Assembly: GCA_045563135.1 (NCBI GenBank)
Contig: JBJKUL010000001.1
Location: 485,351 to 549,350, forward strand
Length of the DNA stretch: 64,000 bases
Origin: Candidatus Actinomarina sp.
Lineage (GTDB): Bacteria; Actinomycetota; Acidimicrobiia; Actinomarinales; Actinomarinaceae
Reading direction: 5' to 3'
Under the pieces are notes generated by a model. It ran no database searches. It worked only from the letters and a program-made list of their open reading frames with translations, and was not told the origin of the DNA. Positions within the stretch are counted from its first letter, which is position 1, and every line of letters begins with the position of its first letter. Made by a program: the position numbers and the translations under genes. Below, piece after piece: positions 58,758-64,000 of this stretch.

Positions 58758-59287
58758 GAATAAAAGATATCTTTTTGCCTCCTAATTTAATTACCCTTCT
58801 TAGATTATTTGCTTCTATTTACCTCTTTCAAAACTTTTATCCATTAGATATAAATGTCTATCTTCTTGTCACTGTCATTGCTGTTATTGGCTTAAGCGAC
58901 TCTTTAGATGGAATCGTAGCAAGACGTTTTAATATGGTCACTGAGCTTGGCATTATTCTCGATCCTTTTGTCGACAGAACAGTATTTATTCTGTTAGTTA
59001 TTTGGCTACGAGATATTTTCCCAAATATCTTTTTTCTCACTTTAATAGCTAGAGAATTACTTGTGCTTTTAGGTGGGATATACGTTCTATTGTCGAAAAA
59101 GCCTATTGAAGTTTCAAAAAAAGGAAAGCTGGCGACTGTCTTTATGTTTATTACTATTTGCATCTATGTTTTAGAAACAAGTCTTCAAACTGGACTCATA
59201 GGATATCTAGCAACACCGGTTATGGTTTTTTATTACTTTGTTGCATTAGAGTACTTATATTATCTAATATTTAATTATGAACAATGA
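58754..59287 (+). CDS. CDP-alcohol phosphatidyltransferase family protein (PgsA-like)
   Basis: DSLDGIVARRFNMVTELGIILDPFVD = D-G-x2-A-R-x8-G-x3-D-x3-D signature. Confidence 0.75.
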   Translation: MRIKDIFLPPNLITLLRLFASIYLFQNFYPLDINVYLLVTVIAVIGLSDSLDGIVARRFNMVTELGIILDPFVDRTVFILLVIWLRDIFPNIFFLTLIARELLVLLGGIYVLLSKKPIEVSKKGKLATVFMFITICIYVLETSLQTGLIGYLATPVMVFYYFVALEYLYYLIFNYEQ

Positions 59288-59621
59288 AACAAAACCTCTT
59301 GAAGATTCATTAATCTTTAATAAGAATTCTAAATACATCTTATCTCTTATCAACGAAGAAATAAGTTCAATATCCTGGTTTTTAACTAATGGAATTCACA
59401 AAATAGGAAGACTACCTGAGAAAGAGATTATTTTAGATGATGTAACTGTTTCTAGAAACCATGGATTTATTACAGTAGATGACGACGATATTTCTATATC
59501 AGACGAGCAATCAACAAATGGAATATTTGTTAATGGGGAGTTAACTGACGAGTCATATCTTAAAAGTGGTGACAGACTGCAAATAGGTAAGTTTTCATTA
59601 ATAGTAACTAAAACTGAATAA
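59277..59621 (+). CDS. FHA domain-containing protein
   Basis: GR...DD..VSR.HG.I......I.D..STNG..VNG pattern (GRLPEKEIILDDVTVSRNHGFI ... STNGIFVNGE). Confidence 0.75.
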   Translation: MNNETKPLEDSLIFNKNSKYILSLINEEISSISWFLTNGIHKIGRLPEKEIILDDVTVSRNHGFITVDDDDISISDEQSTNGIFVNGELTDESYLKSGDRLQIGKFSLIVTKTE

Positions 59622-59623
59622 CT

Positions 59624-60211
59624 ATGAAGATTTCAGCAAGCATTCAAGCAGCTAATCAACTTACATTGTTATCTGACATAAATGAACACTCAAATAAATT
59701 TGATCAGTTACATATTGATATTACAGATGGACACTTCACCGACAATATAGGCCTTTCTCTAGATATTGTTAAACAAATAAAAACAGAAACAGATTACTTT
59801 CTTGATGTGCACCTTATGGTTGATAAAAATCCTAAGTTTGTTGAAAAAGTTTATGACAATGGCGCTGATCTGATTACAGTCCACTGTGAATCTTCACCAA
59901 TAGATGAATTTGAAATATTAAGTAACAACTATAAAAATATTGGGATTGGAATTCTTCCAACTACAAATATAAATTCACTTATACCTTACTTGGAATTTGC
60001 TTCAGCTGTATTGTTATTAACTGTTAACCCCGGTTTTTCTAATCAGTCCAAAGCGGTAGATTTGCTTCAAAGAATAGAAGAGCTCAACCATATTCAAACC
60101 AATGAAAATATACTAACACTAGTAGACGGGGGAGTATCTAATGACGACTTAACTCTACTAAAAGAAAATGGTGTAGATATTGCTGTTCAAGGTGGAGCCA
60201 TATTTGGATAA
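59624..60211 (+). CDS. rpe: Ribulose-phosphate 3-epimerase
   Basis: HIDITDGHFTDN metal/substrate motif; TIM-barrel length. Confidence 0.8.
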   Translation: MKISASIQAANQLTLLSDINEHSNKFDQLHIDITDGHFTDNIGLSLDIVKQIKTETDYFLDVHLMVDKNPKFVEKVYDNGADLITVHCESSPIDEFEILSNNYKNIGIGILPTTNINSLIPYLEFASAVLLLTVNPGFSNQSKAVDLLQRIEELNHIQTNENILTLVDGGVSNDDLTLLKENGVDIAVQGGAIFG

Positions 60212-60242
60212 TAACTTACAAAAATTAGGATTTTCAAAACCT

Positions 60243-61247
60243 ATGACTGTTGCAATAATTGAAGCGTTAAAGGCTAACCCACATCCAAACCCTCGAGTAG
60301 GAGCAGTACTTACTGATCAACATGGCCAAATAAAAGCTGTATCGAATCACTTAAAGAAGGGGAGTAATCATGCTGAAATGAATTTATTTGATTTAGTCAA
60401 TCCATCTCAACATGACATACTATATGTAACACTTGAGCCTTGCTTCCATAGCGATACCTCACCATCTTGTGCTACTGAGATAATTAATAGAGGAATTAAA
60501 AAAGTCATTATTGGAGACATTGATGATGACATAAGAACAAGAGGAAAAAGTGTCGAATTGCTTAAAAAAAACAATGTATCTGTGCTGAATGAAGGTAATG
60601 TAAACAATTTCTTAAATCCCTACTACAGTAATTTTCACAGGAATTCTAAAAAAATAAATTATCTTTTAAAGGTAGGACTTAGCAATAATGATTACCTTAG
60701 CGATTCATCACAAGATTCAAAGTATATAACCAATAAGATCTCATTAAATATTTCACATTACCTTCGGGCTTCCGCTGATTGTATAATTATTGGAAAGACC
60801 ACTCTACTAAACGATAATCCAAAATTAGATGTTAGATTGGATGACCTTAATAATATGAAAACGCAACCAGTTCCGATAGTTATGTGGGGTAAATCAAATG
60901 ATAATCTAATGAAAGCATTGAACACTTATCCAAACTTCACATTTCTTAGTGATATGCCGAATCATAATAATAATGTTCAATGTAATACGGATTCACTTGA
61001 AGAGGTTGAAAAGTATTTTATAGAAAGAGAATTTCGTAATATTTTTATTGAAGGTGGTAAGTCAATTATTGAGTCATTTCTTAAAAAAGACATGATTGAC
61101 CAAATTTATGAATTTAAAAGCGCATCTAATGTAAAACAAGGATTGAATGTAGGTAAAACATATCGAGATAAAGTAAATTTCAATTTTAAAGTTGTTGAAA
61201 AATACAAGCTTAAAGATAATTCACTAACTACTTATACTAAGAATTAA
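60243..61247 (+). CDS. ribD: Bifunctional riboflavin biosynthesis protein RibD (pyrimidine deaminase/reductase)
   Basis: N-terminus NPHPNPRVGAVL; CDA zinc motifs HAEMN and PCFHSDTSPSC; C-terminal reductase domain. Confidence 0.85.
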   Translation: MTVAIIEALKANPHPNPRVGAVLTDQHGQIKAVSNHLKKGSNHAEMNLFDLVNPSQHDILYVTLEPCFHSDTSPSCATEIINRGIKKVIIGDIDDDIRTRGKSVELLKKNNVSVLNEGNVNNFLNPYYSNFHRNSKKINYLLKVGLSNNDYLSDSSQDSKYITNKISLNISHYLRASADCIIIGKTTLLNDNPKLDVRLDDLNNMKTQPVPIVMWGKSNDNLMKALNTYPNFTFLSDMPNHNNNVQCNTDSLEEVEKYFIEREFRNIFIEGGKSIIESFLKKDMIDQIYEFKSASNVKQGLNVGKTYRDKVNFNFKVVEKYKLKDNSLTTYTKN

Positions 61248-61825
61248 TGTTTACAGGAATAATACAAGCTACTGGTATCGTAAGTGCTCTTAACGATGAA
61301 AATCTTGATATCACTACAGACTCAGATATTTTCTACGGACATGAACTTGGCACCAGTATTTCTATTGACGGAGTTTGTTTAACGCTTCGTGACTATGATA
61401 ATGAAATTTTAAGATTCCAAGTTTCTCAAGAGACTGTAAAGAGAACTATTATTAGTAACTATAAAAAAGGTTCACATGTTAATTTAGAGCTCCCTTTGAC
61501 GATGGATAAATTTTTGAGTGGTCATTTGGTTCAAGGCCATGTAGATACAACTACTTCCGTGTTAAACATAGAAAAAGTATCTGACGATCTATGGGATTAT
61601 GAATTTTCAAATAAAAACTATAGTTATCTTGTTGACAAAGGTTCCATAACTATCAATGGAGTATCACTGACCGTAGTGAGTCCAGACGAAGAAAAATTTA
61701 CTGTATCAGTTATACGTGAAACATTTAATCGAACTAACTTCAATAAATTACAAGTTGGATCACTTGTAAATGTAGAATTCGATATTATGGCCAAATATGT
61801 AGAAAGAGCTTTAGATGATAAGTGA
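61247..61825 (+). CDS. ribE: Riboflavin synthase alpha chain
   Basis: MFTGIIQATGIV N-terminus; two lumazine-binding repeats. Confidence 0.9.
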   Translation: MFTGIIQATGIVSALNDENLDITTDSDIFYGHELGTSISIDGVCLTLRDYDNEILRFQVSQETVKRTIISNYKKGSHVNLELPLTMDKFLSGHLVQGHVDTTTSVLNIEKVSDDLWDYEFSNKNYSYLVDKGSITINGVSLTVVSPDEEKFTVSVIRETFNRTNFNKLQVGSLVNVEFDIMAKYVERALDDK

Positions 61826-63017
61826 TATTAAAGATATAATTTCACACTTTCAAAAAGGTGAGATGATTATTCTTATCGACGATGAAGACAGAGAAAATGA
61901 AGGGGACTTAGTGATATCCTCTAAACATCTTACACCTGAACACATAAACTTTATGATTACACACGCTAGGGGACTTGTATGTGCTCCAATATCATCGGAA
62001 GTAGCGACAAAGCTGAATCTACCTCTTATGCCTGGAGTTAATAATGAAATGGAAACTCAATTTACTGCTTCTGTTGACCTAAAGGGAAATGGTGTAACAA
62101 CTGGAATATCAGCTGAAGATAGATACAAAACAATAATGGGTCTAACTGAGAATAATGCCTCAAGGAAAGATTTTAGTATCCCCGGTCATATTTTTCCGCT
62201 TCAATCTATGGATGGAGGAGTTCTTCGTCGGGCAGGCCACACTGAAGCTGCGATAGATTTATGTAAAATAGCTGAGCACTATCCCGTTGCTGTTATTTGT
62301 GAAATTATTAATGATGATGGTTCTATGGCGAGATTAGATGACTTAGAGTTGTTTGCAAAGAAGCATGATTTGCCTATAGGAACTATTAAAGATTTAATTG
62401 AATATCGACTTGAGGCCAAAGTTCCTGTTTCATTTATTTCAAAATCTACAATACCAACTAAATTTGGAAACTTTGAAGCGCATGTTTACAAAGATAACAA
62501 CGACAATACCGAGCATATAGCTATGACATATGGGGATTATCTATCAGAAGAAGCAACTATGGTCCGAGTACATTCTGAATGCCTAACAGGTGATGTTTTA
62601 TTTTCTCAAAAATGTGATTGTGGCTATCAACTAGATACAGCTTTTAAAAAAATCGTTGAAAATAAATCCGGTGTAATTTTGTACATGAGAGGACATGAAG
62701 GTCGAGGTATCGGGCTTGGTAATAAAATTAAAGCTTATGCACTTCAAGAAGATGGTGAAGATACTGTTGATGCTAATTTAAAACTTGGTTTCAAAATGGA
62801 TCAAAGAGATTATGGTACGGGTGCACTAATTTTAAGAGATTTAGGAATATCCAACATGAATCTTCTCACTAATAATCCTTCTAAAAGAGCTGGTCTAGAA
62901 GGTTTTGGTCTCAACATTCTGAAAAGAACACCATTGTTGGGTAAAGTTACTGAGGAAAATTCTGATTACCTTAATACAAAAAAGACAAAAATGGGTCACA
63001 ATTATGACGAAGAGTAA
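61815..63017 (+). CDS. ribBA: Bifunctional 3,4-dihydroxy-2-butanone-4-phosphate synthase / GTP cyclohydrolase II
   Basis: DHBP synthase motif DDEDRENEGDLV; GTP cyclohydrolase II zinc motif CLTGDVLFSQKCDCG. Confidence 0.95.
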   Translation: MISDIKDIISHFQKGEMIILIDDEDRENEGDLVISSKHLTPEHINFMITHARGLVCAPISSEVATKLNLPLMPGVNNEMETQFTASVDLKGNGVTTGISAEDRYKTIMGLTENNASRKDFSIPGHIFPLQSMDGGVLRRAGHTEAAIDLCKIAEHYPVAVICEIINDDGSMARLDDLELFAKKHDLPIGTIKDLIEYRLEAKVPVSFISKSTIPTKFGNFEAHVYKDNNDNTEHIAMTYGDYLSEEATMVRVHSECLTGDVLFSQKCDCGYQLDTAFKKIVENKSGVILYMRGHEGRGIGLGNKIKAYALQEDGEDTVDANLKLGFKMDQRDYGTGALILRDLGISNMNLLTNNPSKRAGLEGFGLNILKRTPLLGKVTEENSDYLNTKKTKMGHNYDEE

Positions 63018-63402
63018 GGTAGCAATAGTAGTTGCAAATTACTACAAAGATTACACAGAGAGGTTACTCAAAGGCTCAACAGCTGTTCTAGATGGAGAGT
63101 ATGATTACGAAGTTTTCTCTGTTCCTGGAGCATGGGACACAGTATATAAAGTAAATTCTTTAGTGGATTCTTATAATAAGTTTATAGTAATTGGAATAAT
63201 CTGTAAGGGTGACACTGATCACTACGAGTATATATCATCTGCTGTTGCTAATGGCCTTATTGATATTACGATTAACAAAAATATTTATATCGCAAATTGT
63301 GTTTTAAATGTTCACTCTTTAGATCAAGCAGAAAAAAGGTGTACACCTAATAACAATAAAGGTGAAGAAGCCGCTTTGGCATTAAAAGATATTTTTAGTT
63401 GA
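63004..63402 (+). CDS. ribH: 6,7-dimethyl-8-ribityllumazine synthase (short form)
   Basis: KVAIVVANYYKDYTERLLKG and GAWDTVYKVNSL motifs; terminal gene of the rib cluster. Confidence 0.8.
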   Translation: MTKSKVAIVVANYYKDYTERLLKGSTAVLDGEYDYEVFSVPGAWDTVYKVNSLVDSYNKFIVIGIICKGDTDHYEYISSAVANGLIDITINKNIYIANCVLNVHSLDQAEKRCTPNNNKGEEAALALKDIFS

Positions 63403-63475
63403 TTTACTTTTAAAACGTATATAATTAAATCAAGCGAACAATGTTCCACCTGCTGTGAAAAATAGTATGGTAAAT

Positions 63476-63499
63476 AAACAGCTTCGTGCTGTTTTTTTT
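63476..63499 (+). terminator. Hairpin plus T-tract after ribH (terminator of the rib operon and/or infC leader structure)
   Basis: AAACAGC-TTCGT-GCTGTTT followed by six further T residues. Confidence 0.5.
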
Positions 63500-63516
63500 A
63501 TTGAGAGGAGAAACTT

Positions 63517-64000
63517 ATACCAGAATTAAGGATAAACGAAGACATAAAATCAAAAGAGTTATTGGTCATTGCCCCAGATGGAGTGCAAGTCGGAGTTTTA
63601 GAACTAAAAAAAGCAATAATTGTAGCTGAAGAGCTTGGCCTAGACCTTGTAGAGGTATCACCAGAAAGCAAACCACCAGTCGCTAGATTGATGGATTATG
63701 GGAAATACAAATATGAACTATCTCAAAAAGCAAGAGAGTCAAGAAAAAAACAGGTCAAAATTAATGTTAAAGAAGTTCAACTAAAACCAAAAATTGATAC
63801 AAATGATTACAAAATAAAATTAAATCAGTCTCGTAAGTTCCTAAGCGATGGTGACAAAGTTAAATTTACAATGAGGTTTAGAGGAAGAGAAGCAGAACAT
63901 CCAGAATTTGGACAGAGAATTTTAGACAGATTCAAAGAAGAATTGAGTGAAATATCTGAAGTAGAATCAACTTCTCGTCCCGACGGAAGGTCATTAACTA
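63517..64000 (+). CDS. infC: Translation initiation factor IF-3 (partial; runs off window end) with non-AUG ATA start codon
   Basis: Translation PELRINEDIKSKELLVIAPDGVQVGVLELKKAIIVAEELGLDLVEVSPESKPPVARLMDYGKYKYE is collinear with IF-3; frame opens after TGA at 63502-63504; first canonical start is far inside the conserved domain; GAGGAG then 6 nt then ATA. Confidence 0.85.
   Translation, partial: MPELRINEDIKSKELLVIAPDGVQVGVLELKKAIIVAEELGLDLVEVSPESKPPVARLMDYGKYKYELSQKARESRKKQVKINVKEVQLKPKIDTNDYKIKLNQSRKFLSDGDKVKFTMRFRGREAEHPEFGQRILDRFKEELSEISEVESTSRPDGRSLT

Noticed and set aside
60180-60242. Longer ribD start overlapping rpe
   Set aside because: The conserved RibD N-terminus (NPHPNPRVG) begins right after the ATG at 60243; the upstream 21 codons have no counterpart in RibD and overlap the rpe C-terminus.
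1-64000. CRISPR arrays, tandem repeats, IS elements
   Set aside because: No spaced direct repeats or transposase-like ORFs were seen on reading through; non-coding space is under 5 percent and consists of short promoter-sized gaps.

Overview
This 64 kb window is almost entirely coding, low-GC (about one third G+C) chromosomal DNA from a genome-streamlined bacterium whose gene order is typical of Actinobacteria: lspA-rluD-dnaE; polA-rpsA-coaE-uvrB; uvrC-rapZ...pgk-tpiA-secG; trmI...pafB-pafC-tatA-tatC-helY; nadK...pyrG-xerD-scpA-scpB-rluB-cmk-der; rpe-ribD-ribE-ribBA-ribH-infC. A marine or freshwater ultramicro-actinobacterial origin (Actinomarina-like) is an inference from low GC plus that synteny. 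I recognise about 80 protein genes, two tRNA-Leu genes, two rho-independent-type hairpins and one operator-like palindrome. I see no CRISPR array, no transposase or integrase cassette and no phage module; xerD here is the chromosomal dimer-resolution recombinase. The main things worth a second look are: (1) a tRNA-Leu whose anticodon reads AAG, i.e. A34, which is very unusual in bacteria; (2) infC starting on a non-AUG ATA codon behind a strong SD, plus two further genes (xerD, the rluA-family synthase) whose conserved N-termini lie upstream of the first canonical start; (3) an ~80-codon start-less hydrophobic ORF that a single T in a T7 tract would fuse to the DCC thiol-disulfide oxidoreductase gene; (4) extreme streamlining of conserved actinobacterial loci, with mpa-dop-pup-prcBA-pafA missing between trmI and pafBC, yvcK-whiA-gap missing between rapZ and pgk, and uvrB-uvrA-uvrC fused into one overlapping operon; (5) a GC-elevated peptide ABC transporter operon with an operator-like palindrome over its start and a terminator-like hairpin between the binding-protein and permease genes; (6) a chain of three tiny translationally coupled membrane peptides. 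All protein calls rest on motifs I can read in the translated ORFs; no database search was possible.
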